38,623 bases of DNA from Bdellovibrionales bacterium (GCA_050250255.1 JBFWOZ010000028.1:1-38623); one strand, 5' to 3'; counted from the first letter of the stretch, positions 8,466-18,444 are shown. A program made the numbers and translations. The notes: generated from the letters alone by a model not told the origin.

Positions 8466-10421
8466 TTAATTCAAATGTACTCTCTTCGCGTACACGCCTT
8501 GTACATCCCATGGTACTGGCGATTTTGAGACAGGAAGGTAAACAATCATTTGGCCGTCTGAATCCGTGAAGTGCTGCCCTTTCCCATTTTTTCGAATTCC
8601 CGGCTGAATGATTACGTTATTGGTACTTCCACTCACCAGCCATTTAGGCATGGCGGAATCATTCCAAATATCAATTCCATAAGTTTGGTAATCATTGACG
8701 TTGGACACAAGACCCGTGAGATTTGCGTCGGTAAAAGTTTTTACGCAAACCTCATAGTGAGCGTTGTTATTACAATATTGAAGAACGACAAATCGCTTCA
8801 AATCGACGTGATAGTTGACTGCAATTACGCTCGCCTGTTCTGCAATGATCACCGGAGTCGACATTGAGGTTAACCAAGGTCGCACAGTCCGTCGGTAAAG
8901 ATACCATTTACTCGTCTCATAATCGTAATCGTCATAATAATAATAAACTGTACCATCAGGGCCGGTTGTGAGCTGGCCTATGAGTCCATTTTCTCCCTCT
9001 TGAGGTGCGTACTCAGTCCAAAGCCGATCATTAGTCTCTTCGGCAATGACAGGTCCCGCAGTATTAGCAACACTTTGTTTGTGAAGTCCCCAACTGAGGC
9101 CAAAACTTCCATCCACTTGGAACGTTCGCATAAGTGCACCAAAAATATTACTAATGGATGAATCACCTGTACCAAACCAACTCATCATAATTTGATTGTG
9201 TAATCCGCCATTGGCATCTTTAGCAACAGCGATCCAATACATGGCCCAGTTCCCATTGATTTCAATCAACATCGGGTTCGACGCTCCACCGTTCATATAA
9301 GCAGACGGACCATCCCAACCGAGTGCCGCTCCAGTTTGAGGATGATAGGAAGTGACGTGAGCCGCCGGTGATCTGGTAATCAATAGATCTTGATTGAAAC
9401 TATGAGTGCCAAAATTATAAGCGGATCCATACTTCGCTCCCGCAGAATCTCCCATAGATCCGGCTGGAGCATAATCAGGTTGTCCTACCGCACCCGAGGC
9501 ACCTTCCGCATCGAAAATGCTCACATACTGGTTTGGCCCAATGTAAGTTGCTGAAAATGCATAAGCGTAAGCAGGATAAGCTACCTGCATAACTTTGATT
9601 GCACTATCGGAAGCAACTGCAAACTCAGGTACGCACACGCTATTTGCTAATTTAAAATTTACATTACAACTTGAAGCGACGCAGGCACCATAACTCCCAC
9701 CGGAAAATGTTTGAACTCCACTACCGTTTGCAATCGAACAAACTTGCGTGTTTGCATGACAGGCATTTGCATGAAGTGTGAAATTTGCGTTACAGCTCGA
9801 AGCGACGCAGGCGCCGTAACTACCACCAGAAAAAGTTTGAACTCCACTGCCGTTTGAAATAGAGCAACTTTGAGTGTTTATATGACAAGTGTTTGCGTGA
9901 AGTGTGAAACCACTACTACAACTCGAAGCTACGCAAGCGCCGTAACTACCACCAGAAAAAGTCTGAACTCCACTTCCGTTTGAAATAGAGCAAACCTGTG
10001 TGTTCGCATGACAAGCATTTCCGTGAAGCGTGAAGTTCGCATTACAACTTGAAGCGGCGCAGACACCATAACTGCCACCAGAGAAGGTCTGAACTCCACT
10101 TCCGTTTGAAATAGAACAGTCTTGAGTGTTCGCATGACAGACATTTCCGTGAAGCGTGAAGTTCGCATTACAACTTGAAGCCACACAAGCTCCATAACTG
10201 CCACCAGAGAAGGTCTCAACACCTGTGCCATTCGTTATAAAACAGCTACGAGTCTTCGCATGACAAGTACCATTGTGCTCAGTCAACCCAGAGCCACAAG
10301 TAGTAGATTTTTGAGAGGGTAAGGATAGAGTGGATGTTCGATTCCCAGAGGTAAAGCCTCCACCGCACGAAATAAGGAGAAGTGAATATCCTAATATGGC
10401 AATATTTTTTAAAATCATCAT
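8466..10421 (-). CDS. Surface lipoprotein with five 42-aa Cys-rich repeats and a C-terminal beta-rich (propeller-like) domain
   Basis: Lipobox LISC (Cys19); repeats CHANTQxCSISNGSGVQTFSGGSYGACVASSCNANFTLHxNx; aromatic and beta-strand-rich ~380-aa C-terminal domain. Confidence 0.85.
   Translation of the reverse strand: MMILKNIAILGYSLLLISCGGGFTSGNRTSTLSLPSQKSTTCGSGLTEHNGTCHAKTRSCFITNGTGVETFSGGSYGACVASSCNANFTLHGNVCHANTQDCSISNGSGVQTFSGGSYGVCAASSCNANFTLHGNACHANTQVCSISNGSGVQTFSGGSYGACVASSCSSGFTLHANTCHINTQSCSISNGSGVQTFSGGSYGACVASSCNANFTLHANACHANTQVCSIANGSGVQTFSGGSYGACVASSCNVNFKLANSVCVPEFAVASDSAIKVMQVAYPAYAYAFSATYIGPNQYVSIFDAEGASGAVGQPDYAPAGSMGDSAGAKYGSAYNFGTHSFNQDLLITRSPAAHVTSYHPQTGAALGWDGPSAYMNGGASNPMLIEINGNWAMYWIAVAKDANGGLHNQIMMSWFGTGDSSISNIFGALMRTFQVDGSFGLSWGLHKQSVANTAGPVIAEETNDRLWTEYAPQEGENGLIGQLTTGPDGTVYYYYDDYDYETSKWYLYRRTVRPWLTSMSTPVIIAEQASVIAVNYHVDLKRFVVLQYCNNNAHYEVCVKTFTDANLTGLVSNVNDYQTYGIDIWNDSAMPKWLVSGSTNNVIIQPGIRKNGKGQHFTDSDGQMIVYLPVSKSPVPWDVQGVYAKRVHLN
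9636..10265 (-). repeat. Intragenic tandem repeat, 5 x 126 bp
   Basis: Period 126 bp seen directly (e.g. CAACTTGAAG at 10045 and 10171); encodes aa 53-262. Confidence 0.92.
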
Positions 10422-10526
10422 GAAGGGTAGAATTGCAATTACAAGACTTACCGAAGAGAACTCAACAGAGTTAAAACTGAATATAAAGTATTTAACAGAT
10501 GTTTCGTTATCTTAAATCACCGAATA

Positions 10527-10542
10527 ATTGAAGATCTTCAAT
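10527..10542. promoter_or_regulatory. 16-bp perfect palindrome, candidate regulator site
   Basis: ATTGAAGATCTTCAAT about 105 nt upstream of the lipoprotein start. Confidence 0.35.
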
Positions 10543-10659
10543 GCTTCCAGGTATTTAATTGTCTGTTAAACTTTCAGCAGATCAGAGCTGATTTATACGT
10601 CACCAAAAGAGATAAATAGTCTCTCAGCTTTTAAAAAGCTCAATTTGATACGCAGAAAA

Positions 10660-11808
10660 CTAAATCAAAGAATCCACAAACTCTGGTGTAGAAAATCCAC
10701 GCAGATCGCCAAGTTTCTCACCAACACCGATCGCTTTGATGGGAAGCTTGAGCTCGTGTGCGAGACCCACAACCACTCCACCTTTGGCGGTGCCATCGAG
10801 TTTTGTGAGGATCACACCACTGACATTAAGAGCTTGATGAAATTGCTTCGCTTGCACGAGGGCGTTTTGACCATTGTTTGCATCGAGCACAAGAAGTGTT
10901 TCGTGAGGAGCACTAGGATAAGCTTTTTCAATCACGCGTTTGATTTTTGCAAGTTCTTCCATGAGATTTGCTTGTGTGTGAAGGCGCCCGGCAGTATCGA
11001 CAATCAAAAGATCAAACTTTTCCTTCAACGCCTTTTGAGTCGCATCAAACGCTACACCACTAGGTTTTGCGTTCGCATCACCTTCAAAGATTTCTACTTT
11101 CGCGCGCTCGGACCAAACGGCAAGTTGCGACCCCGCCGCCGCACGAAATGTATCCCCTGCTGCCACTAAAACTTTTAATCCTCGCTCACAAGCCCAACCC
11201 GCAAGCTTCCCGATACTGGTCGTTTTCCCAGCCCCATTCACACCAACGATAAGCCAAACAATGGGACCCGCAGGATTTTTCTCTAAGGTTAAAAGCGGAG
11301 ACTCTACTTGAGATTGGGTATTCACCGCACCCACAATATTTTGAATTTCATTTCGAATCGCTTCGCGCAAAGATTCGTAATTATAAAGTTGTTTCTTCGT
11401 GAGTTGTTCCTGCAAAGACTCCAACAGTCTCTGCACAGTCGTAGGCCCAAGATCACTCGTATAAAGCGCCTCTTCAATCTCCTCAAAAGGAAATTTCTCA
11501 AGACTGCGAGCCCCAAAAATAGATTTAAACTTCTCCGAAAACGCGCGTTTGGTAGGAGCTAGAATCCCCGTAAGATTTTGCGGAACCGCAGAAATAGATT
11601 CAGGAACAAGAATCTTCCCATCAAACTCAATATTCTCAGTACCCTCAGGAAGCGGGGCCGAAGGGTCTCGCTTTTTCTGCTGAAGAAGATCTTCAAACGC
11701 AGACGGAGCCTTAGTCTTGCGACTCTTAAACCAAAAAAATCCAGCGCCTCCAACTAAAGCACTAGCTAAAGCAATCCCCGCCGCAATCAATTCTAAATTC
11801 AGTTCCAT
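10660..11808 (-). CDS. ftsY: Signal recognition particle receptor FtsY
   Basis: GVNGAGKTTSIGKLA, DTFRAAA, DTAGR, TKLDGTAKGG, GVGE motifs; N-terminal hydrophobic helix. Confidence 0.97.
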   Translation of the reverse strand: MELNLELIAAGIALASALVGGAGFFWFKSRKTKAPSAFEDLLQQKKRDPSAPLPEGTENIEFDGKILVPESISAVPQNLTGILAPTKRAFSEKFKSIFGARSLEKFPFEEIEEALYTSDLGPTTVQRLLESLQEQLTKKQLYNYESLREAIRNEIQNIVGAVNTQSQVESPLLTLEKNPAGPIVWLIVGVNGAGKTTSIGKLAGWACERGLKVLVAAGDTFRAAAGSQLAVWSERAKVEIFEGDANAKPSGVAFDATQKALKEKFDLLIVDTAGRLHTQANLMEELAKIKRVIEKAYPSAPHETLLVLDANNGQNALVQAKQFHQALNVSGVILTKLDGTAKGGVVVGLAHELKLPIKAIGVGEKLGDLRGFSTPEFVDSLI

Positions 11809-11856
11809 GTTCCCTCTTCAAAAGAATCTCAGCAGTGGCAGAAATACCACAGCTCG

Positions 11857-12067
11857 TAGTCTGTTCAAAATAAATAGTGAGTCTTTGTCTCCGCAGACCT
11901 CTGCACGCCAGGATGGACTCTGTGTGCAGGAGGGCATGGATGCCCGCGTCTGCGGAGACAAAGACTCACTATTTATTTTGAACGCCTAGGATGTTGACTT
12001 CGTGTCCAGCACAAGCCATGGATGGCCGCGTCCGCGGAGACAAAGGGTTGAACTATTTCTTTTGAAC
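11857..12067. mobile_element. MITE/REP-like palindromic element (family B) plus degenerate extra copy of its right half
   Basis: Perfect 36-bp inverted repeat 11863-11898 / 11948-11983, TA at 11857-58 and 11987-88, internal GGGCATGGATGCCC hairpin; a diverged repeat of the right half at 12015-12067. Confidence 0.8.
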
Positions 12068-12091
12068 ACCCAAGGTGTCGAATTATTTGGA

Positions 12092-15000
12092 CTAGACTGT
12101 AATCTCTGCGACTCGACGAGCGTCTTTAAGATCGACAGAAACCATTGTCGATACTCCGCGCTCCTGCATAGTCACACCATAAAGCTTGTTGTTCACTTCC
12201 ATGGTGTACTTATTGTGAGTCACGATGATGATCTGACTACGCTTCGCCATTTCTTTAACGAGTTCATTGAAACGGAAAACGTTGGCGTCATCCAGTGGCG
12301 CATCGACCTCATCCAGTAAACAAAATGGCGATGGTTTCACAAGGAAGATCGAGAAGATCAACGCAACGGAAGTAAGAGCTTTTTCTCCCCCTGAAAGTAG
12401 CGTGATGTTCTGCATTTTCTTTCCTGGAGGTCGTACAACGATGTCGATACCAGGATCGGTTTCGCCTTCTTGTACCACCATGACGAGATGAGCTTCACCA
12501 CCACCAAAGAGAACCGGGAATACTTTTTTGAAGCGATCATTCACCGCTTCAAAAGTATCCTTGAACTGCTTCGAACAGATTTTATCGATACGATCGATCA
12601 CTTTATGAAGTTGTTCTTTCGCTTCAAGGAGATCCGCTTGTTGCTTATTGAGGAAATCAAAACGCTTCATGAGTTCATCATACTCTTCAATGGCCGAGAG
12701 ACTGACTTCGCCCATTTTAGATATACGATCACGAAGTTCATTCAGTTCGGCTTCAGCTGCCACGAGATCGCCTTCACGTTCGCCATACTGAGTGAGGACA
12801 TCTTCCATCGTAAGATGGTAACGCTCCATCAACTGGGTCGTGATGTTCGCTTCACGTAAATGAGCTTGCTCAAACGCGAGACGAAGTTCCATCGAGCGAC
12901 TTTGTGAATCTTGGCTCTTCTTCACTTGTTCAGACAAAAGAGTGTCAAGAGTTCGAGTTTTTGCGCCCAATTGTTCGTACTCATCTTGTACGCGAGAAAG
13001 ATGCGTTGTGATTTCGCTCACCTCATGGACAAGTTGTTCGAGCTTTACTTTCTCTTGAGTGAGTTGAATCTGACCTTGAGAAAGAGATTCGGTCGACTTG
13101 TTTGACTCTTCGCTCATGCGAAGCATTTGTTCGGAAATATCTTTTAATGACTGATTGTAAAGTTCGAGCTGACGCTTCAAACCTTCTGCCTCTTGAACTT
13201 TCGAAGCGGCTTTCACTTGAAGTTCCGTCGTGACCGAAAGTTGATCATCAACCTGCTTTTTGTAAATATTGAGTCGATCGGCAAGTTGTTCGGATTCGCG
13301 TTCATACTCGGCTTGTTTTGTAGAGAGTTCTTCAAGCTGTGCTCTGAGGCCAGTCAGCTTCTCTTCTTGAGATTGATGCTGTTGATTTAAATCTTGAGCT
13401 TCGCTCTGACTCTTCTTCAACGCCTGTAACAAGCTTTGAAGCTCGTTTTCAGCGCGCTCAAGATCTTTTCTTCTTTCAGCGATCAGAATTTCTTTTTCGG
13501 TTTTTTGTTTTTGCGCGTTTTCAAGAGAAGAGCTGACCTGTTGAAATTGCGATTCATAGCGCTTGAGCTCCACTTGCACAACTTCGAGCTGAGTTTGGCA
13601 ACGCTCCTTTTCAAGGGCGAGCTCTTTCATTTCACGACGACGTTTTAAGAGACCTGAATCGGCACTCTCGCTACCACCACCGGTGACGATACCATCGGCA
13701 GAAAGAATTTCTCCCTCTTGAGTGACAAATGTCCACTCGGCATACTTGATTTTGAGTTCGATAGCACCTTGAAGACTTGGAACAACCGCCGCTTTTCTAA
13801 AGAGACTCACGAGAGCGTCACGGTATTCAGGATCAGAGACTTGAACAATGTCAGATAAAATTCCTGACACTTCGTCAGCACTTGGGTTACTGCCAAATTC
13901 CGCAGAATGTTTTACTTCGCCAATTGGTAGAAAACTCGAACGGCCCCACTGGCTCTCTTTTAATTTTTCGATCGCTTTTAGCGCACCTACGGTGCTTTTG
14001 CTCAAAATCAACTGCAAGCGCGTCCCAAGAACGGCTTCCATAGCGACTTCAAATCCTGCAGGAACGCTGATAAGATCCGCCACGAGTGAGAACTCTTGAG
14101 CCCCACCTTGATTGATCGTCTCACGCTGCCACTGCATGATGTTCTTTACACCCTCTTGAAAACCTTCAAGGTTCGCCTCGAGATCTGTTAAAGAATCAAG
14201 TTTACCTTCGATTTTTCCAAGATCACCCTTTTGGCCCTCAAGCTTCAATCGGTGCTCTTGAACCACGGTTTCTAAGTGAGTTTTATTTGCTTGAAAGTTT
14301 TCAACATCTCCCATGATGGAGAGCTGCATTTGTCGTTCTTTTTCGAGTTCTTCAAAATGTTTACGACGAGAACGTTCAAATTCAGATTGTTTTGATTCTA
14401 ATTCGGTCACGACCGCTCGAGCACGGCTTTCACGCTCACTCAAATCTTGAACGCGTGCTTCTGCACCCTGTACTTGCGCCTGAAGATGGGCTTTCGCCTG
14501 ACCAACGGTGATGATTCCACGACGCTTTTCCACAAGTTCTTCGTCGGCTGCCTGAGCGCTTTCACGAAGGGTCGCGAGAGCCTCTTGTTGTTCTTTTAAA
14601 TTATGAGTTGAACGAGTCGCTTCTGATTCCGCACCCTCAAAACGAATGTTCGCCTGATTGAGATCGGTTTCCAAAGCGACTTTACGGATCTCAAGCTCTT
14701 GCAAAAGATTTCCAGTCATCTGTTCGTTACGACGAGCTTGCTCGATTTCGAAAGTGATTCTTTGAATTTCACCTTCTTTTTTCTGAACAGAGGACTGAGC
14801 TTCAAACTTCTGCGCTTGTTTTTCGTGAACCGTTTTTTCAATTTCGACGAGAAGAAGTTTGGCTTCTTGAACTTGGGCTTCGAGAGACGCTTTTTCGGTC
14901 TCCGCTTGTGCCGATAAATCTTGAGTGGATTTTAATTCTTCTTCAACCCGAATGATTTCATCTTTTAATTCTTTAAATTTTTTAGAAGAGAGCCAGAGAT

Positions 15001-15685
15001 CTAAATCTCGCGCTTGATTCTTCATCTCGCGGTAGCGCTCGGCCTTTTTTGCCTGACGTTGCAGGCTATCGATCTGGCGCTTGATCTCACCGATGATGTC
15101 GGCAAGACGAACGAGGTTTTGCTCTGTCGAAGCTAATTTCTTTTCTGATTCCCGTTTACGAACTTTGAATTTTGTAATTCCGGCCGCTTCTTCAATGAGG
15201 AAACGACGTTCTTCCGGCTTTGCGGTAATGATTTTCCCAATCGCGCCTTGCTCGATGATACTAAAACCCTTTGAGCCTACGCCGGTATCCATGAAAATTT
15301 CGTGAATGTCGCGAAGACGGGATTGCTCTTTGTTGATCAGGTATTCCGACTCACCTGAACGATGTAGCCTACGAGTCACCATGATTTCAGAATGTTTTGC
15401 GTACTTTGCTGGAAATGGCCCGCCCTCATTTTCAAGCGTCAAAGAAACTTCGGCCATTCCGGTTGGTGCATAACCTTCCGCTCCGGCGAAGATCACATCT
15501 TCCATGCTCGAACCACGAAGGTGCTTGGCAGATTGTTCTCCCATAACCCACGTGAGTGCATCGACGATGTTCGATTTTCCACAACCGTTTGGTCCAACGA
15601 TTCCGGTAATTCCGTCATCAAATTGGATCACTGTACGATCTTTGAATGATTTGAACCCGACAAGTTCCAGCTTTTTGATCTTCAA
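12092..15685 (-). CDS. smc: Chromosome segregation protein SMC
   Basis: GFKSF, GPNGCGKSN Walker A, long coiled coils with hinge, LSGGEK signature, LLDEVDAPLD Walker B. Confidence 0.98.
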   Translation of the reverse strand: MKIKKLELVGFKSFKDRTVIQFDDGITGIVGPNGCGKSNIVDALTWVMGEQSAKHLRGSSMEDVIFAGAEGYAPTGMAEVSLTLENEGGPFPAKYAKHSEIMVTRRLHRSGESEYLINKEQSRLRDIHEIFMDTGVGSKGFSIIEQGAIGKIITAKPEERRFLIEEAAGITKFKVRKRESEKKLASTEQNLVRLADIIGEIKRQIDSLQRQAKKAERYREMKNQARDLDLWLSSKKFKELKDEIIRVEEELKSTQDLSAQAETEKASLEAQVQEAKLLLVEIEKTVHEKQAQKFEAQSSVQKKEGEIQRITFEIEQARRNEQMTGNLLQELEIRKVALETDLNQANIRFEGAESEATRSTHNLKEQQEALATLRESAQAADEELVEKRRGIITVGQAKAHLQAQVQGAEARVQDLSERESRARAVVTELESKQSEFERSRRKHFEELEKERQMQLSIMGDVENFQANKTHLETVVQEHRLKLEGQKGDLGKIEGKLDSLTDLEANLEGFQEGVKNIMQWQRETINQGGAQEFSLVADLISVPAGFEVAMEAVLGTRLQLILSKSTVGALKAIEKLKESQWGRSSFLPIGEVKHSAEFGSNPSADEVSGILSDIVQVSDPEYRDALVSLFRKAAVVPSLQGAIELKIKYAEWTFVTQEGEILSADGIVTGGGSESADSGLLKRRREMKELALEKERCQTQLEVVQVELKRYESQFQQVSSSLENAQKQKTEKEILIAERRKDLERAENELQSLLQALKKSQSEAQDLNQQHQSQEEKLTGLRAQLEELSTKQAEYERESEQLADRLNIYKKQVDDQLSVTTELQVKAASKVQEAEGLKRQLELYNQSLKDISEQMLRMSEESNKSTESLSQGQIQLTQEKVKLEQLVHEVSEITTHLSRVQDEYEQLGAKTRTLDTLLSEQVKKSQDSQSRSMELRLAFEQAHLREANITTQLMERYHLTMEDVLTQYGEREGDLVAAEAELNELRDRISKMGEVSLSAIEEYDELMKRFDFLNKQQADLLEAKEQLHKVIDRIDKICSKQFKDTFEAVNDRFKKVFPVLFGGGEAHLVMVVQEGETDPGIDIVVRPPGKKMQNITLLSGGEKALTSVALIFSIFLVKPSPFCLLDEVDAPLDDANVFRFNELVKEMAKRSQIIIVTHNKYTMEVNNKLYGVTMQERGVSTMVSVDLKDARRVAEITV

Positions 15686-15729
15686 ACAACCACCTCAAAA
15701 ACTTTTAGGTTTCCACCTAATTGATTCCC

Positions 15730-18444
15730 TTAGTTCTTCGTCTCGCTCTTAAGAGCGACCTGTGCTGCAGCCAATCTTGCGACTGGCACACGGAATGGCG
15801 AGCAGCTCACATAATTGAGCCCCACTTTGTGGAAAAAGGCAATACTTGCGGGATCCCCGCCATGCTCTCCACAGACTCCGATTTTCAAGGATGGCTTTGT
15901 TTTACGACCCAGGTCAACACCCATTTTTACGAGAGCGCCTACCCCTTTTTGATCAATACTCACGAAAGGATCTTTCTCAAAAATTCCTTCATTCACATAG
16001 CTTCCGAGAAATCTTCCCGCATCGTCGCGCGAAAGTCCCATTGTTGTCTGCGTGAGATCGTTGGTTCCAAAGCTAAAGAAATCAGCCACTTCCGCAATTT
16101 CGTCAGCAGTCACGGCAGCTCGCGGAAGCTCAATCATGGTTCCAAGCGCGTATTCGAACTCTATTTTTTTCTCTTTTTGCACTTTAAGAACTTCATTTTC
16201 TGCCTGCGTTTTAAGCATTTTTAATTCTTTATAAGTCGCTACAAGCGGAATCATGATCTCCGGGAACACCTGGATTCCCTTAGCTTTCACGGCGCACACC
16301 GCTTGAGCAATGGCTCGCGCTTGCATGATATAAATTTCGGGATAGGTGATCGCGAGGCGACAGCCACGATGGCCAAGCATCGGGTTAAATTCTTTCAGAG
16401 CATCAATGCGCGCTTCTAATTTACGTACGTCTCTTCCCAATCTTTGCGCCAGAGCTTTGATCTCCTCCTCGTCATGAGGCAAAAACTCATGGAGCGGCGG
16501 ATCTAAAAGACGAATCGTTACGGGATATCCCGCCATCTCCTGGAAAAGTCCTACGAAATCTTTTTCCTGAATGGGAAGAAGTTTTTTGAGAGCTTCTTCT
16601 CTTCCCGCTGTGTCTTCCGCCAAAATCATTTCACGAACGATGTCGATACGGTCAGAGCCAAAAAACATATGTTCAGTACGACAGAGACCAATACCTTCAG
16701 CGCCAAATTGACGAGCTACTTTTGCATCGTTTGGAGTGTCGGCATTCGCGCGGACTCCCAATTTTCTATGCTGATCGGCCCATTTCATGAGTTGTTCAAA
16801 ATGTTCACCCGGCTTTGGTTCCACAGTTTTCACTTCGCCTAAAAAAACTTCGCCGGTTGAACCATCAAGAGTGATGAACTCTCCACGTTTAATCACATAG
16901 CCGTTCACACGAACCTCTTGTTTGTCGTAATCGACAAAACATTCGCCCGCCCCCGCCACGCAACATTTGCCCATTCCGCGCGCCACGACGGCCGCATGAG
17001 AGGTCATACCACCACGAGACGTTAAAATCCCTTGAGCGGCAACCATTCCGGCAATGTCTTCTGGAGATGTTTCGATACGAACGAGAATCACTTTTTTATT
17101 TTTTGCGTGCTCCGCTTCGGCCTCTTCGCTAGTGAAAACCACCGCGCCATAGGCCGCTCCCGGACTTGCCGGTAGACCCTTCGTCAAAATTGTTTTTTTC
17201 GCTTTAGGATCAAGAGTCGGATGAAGAAGTTGATCGAGACTTGATGGGTCTACACGCAAGATCGCTTCCTTTTCGGTGATCAGTTTTTCGCCCACCATTT
17301 CGCAAGCGATACGTAAAGCCGCTGGAGCCGTGCGCTTTCCTGTACGCGTTTGTAGCATCCAAAGCTTATCTTTTTCAATCGTGAATTCGATATCTTGCAT
17401 GTCACGATAGTGCTTTTCTAACTTTTCATAAATTTTAACTAGCTCAGCATAGGCATGAGGCATGTAGGTCTCAAGTGACTCCACACCTTCACTATGCTCC
17501 TTCGCATGAGATTCATTGATCGGCTGTGGGGTACGAATACCCGCCACAACGTCTTCTCCTTGAGCATTTGGCAAAAATTCACCAAAGAATTTGCGCTCAC
17601 CTGTCGAAGGATCTCTGGTAAACGCCACACCCGTTGCAGAATGAACTCCCATGTTTCCAAATACCATGGACTGAATATTCACGGCCGTACCCCAGCTCTC
17701 TGGAATGTCGTGAAGTTGGCGGTACGTGTGCGCCCTTGGAGTCATCCAGCTATTAAAAACAGCAGAAATCGCAGCCCAAAGTTGCTCGTGCGGATCTGTT
17801 GGAAATTTCTTTCCTGTCGTATCGAGAATTTGTTTTTTAAAAGTACTGACGAGATGTCTGAGATCTTCTTCTGTCAGCTCGGTATCTAATTTGTAACCCT
17901 TTTCTTCTTTAAGATCTTCAAAACTCACTTCGAGAAAAGAAGAATTCATATCGAGAACCACGTTGGAAAACATTTGAATAAAGCGTCGGTAAGAGTCCCA
18001 TGCAAACTGTGGGTTTTTCGATTTTTTCGCAAGACCCACAACCGTTTCGTCATTCAAACCCAGATTCAGGATGGTGTCCATCATGCCTGGCATGCTCGCA
18101 CGAGCACCGGAACGCACACTCACCAACAGAGGATTTTCCGCATCGCCAAATTTCTTTCCGAGTTCGATCTCCACTTGCTTAAGAGCCGCGAGAGCATCCT
18201 TTTTTACAAATTCAGGGAGTTGCTTTTTATTAGAGTAAAAGTGCGCACAGATTTCTGTGGAGATTGTAAAACCTGGAGGAACTGGAATACCTAATGACGA
18301 CATCTCAGCGAGGTTTGCACCCTTACCCCCCAAGAGGCTTTTCATTGTCGCATTGCCTTCGGCCTTTCCACTCCCAAAACTGTAGACAAATTTTTCTGGA
18401 ATTTTCATTTTTGATCCTACTCGGTTTTGTGTTTCTAATTCCAT
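15730..18444 (-). CDS. ppdK: Pyruvate, phosphate dikinase
   Basis: LLGGKGANLAEM, SMPGMMDT, GGMTSHAAVVARG (phospho-His), GLCRTEHM, FSFGTNDLTQ, CGEHGG. Confidence 0.98.
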   Translation of the reverse strand: MELETQNRVGSKMKIPEKFVYSFGSGKAEGNATMKSLLGGKGANLAEMSSLGIPVPPGFTISTEICAHFYSNKKQLPEFVKKDALAALKQVEIELGKKFGDAENPLLVSVRSGARASMPGMMDTILNLGLNDETVVGLAKKSKNPQFAWDSYRRFIQMFSNVVLDMNSSFLEVSFEDLKEEKGYKLDTELTEEDLRHLVSTFKKQILDTTGKKFPTDPHEQLWAAISAVFNSWMTPRAHTYRQLHDIPESWGTAVNIQSMVFGNMGVHSATGVAFTRDPSTGERKFFGEFLPNAQGEDVVAGIRTPQPINESHAKEHSEGVESLETYMPHAYAELVKIYEKLEKHYRDMQDIEFTIEKDKLWMLQTRTGKRTAPAALRIACEMVGEKLITEKEAILRVDPSSLDQLLHPTLDPKAKKTILTKGLPASPGAAYGAVVFTSEEAEAEHAKNKKVILVRIETSPEDIAGMVAAQGILTSRGGMTSHAAVVARGMGKCCVAGAGECFVDYDKQEVRVNGYVIKRGEFITLDGSTGEVFLGEVKTVEPKPGEHFEQLMKWADQHRKLGVRANADTPNDAKVARQFGAEGIGLCRTEHMFFGSDRIDIVREMILAEDTAGREEALKKLLPIQEKDFVGLFQEMAGYPVTIRLLDPPLHEFLPHDEEEIKALAQRLGRDVRKLEARIDALKEFNPMLGHRGCRLAITYPEIYIMQARAIAQAVCAVKAKGIQVFPEIMIPLVATYKELKMLKTQAENEVLKVQKEKKIEFEYALGTMIELPRAAVTADEIAEVADFFSFGTNDLTQTTMGLSRDDAGRFLGSYVNEGIFEKDPFVSIDQKGVGALVKMGVDLGRKTKPSLKIGVCGEHGGDPASIAFFHKVGLNYVSCSPFRVPVARLAAAQVALKSETKN

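Noticed and set aside
9636..10265. Possible CRISPR array
   Set aside because: The 126-bp units are contiguous, in-frame coding repeats with no unique spacers and no cas genes.
6619..10421. Prophage or integrative element
   Set aside because: No integrase, transposase, phage gene, tRNA target or flanking att repeat could be found.
11717..12319. + strand ORFs 11717-11989 and 12002-12319
   Set aside because: They read through the palindromic element and antisense to ftsY and smc; no protein-like features.
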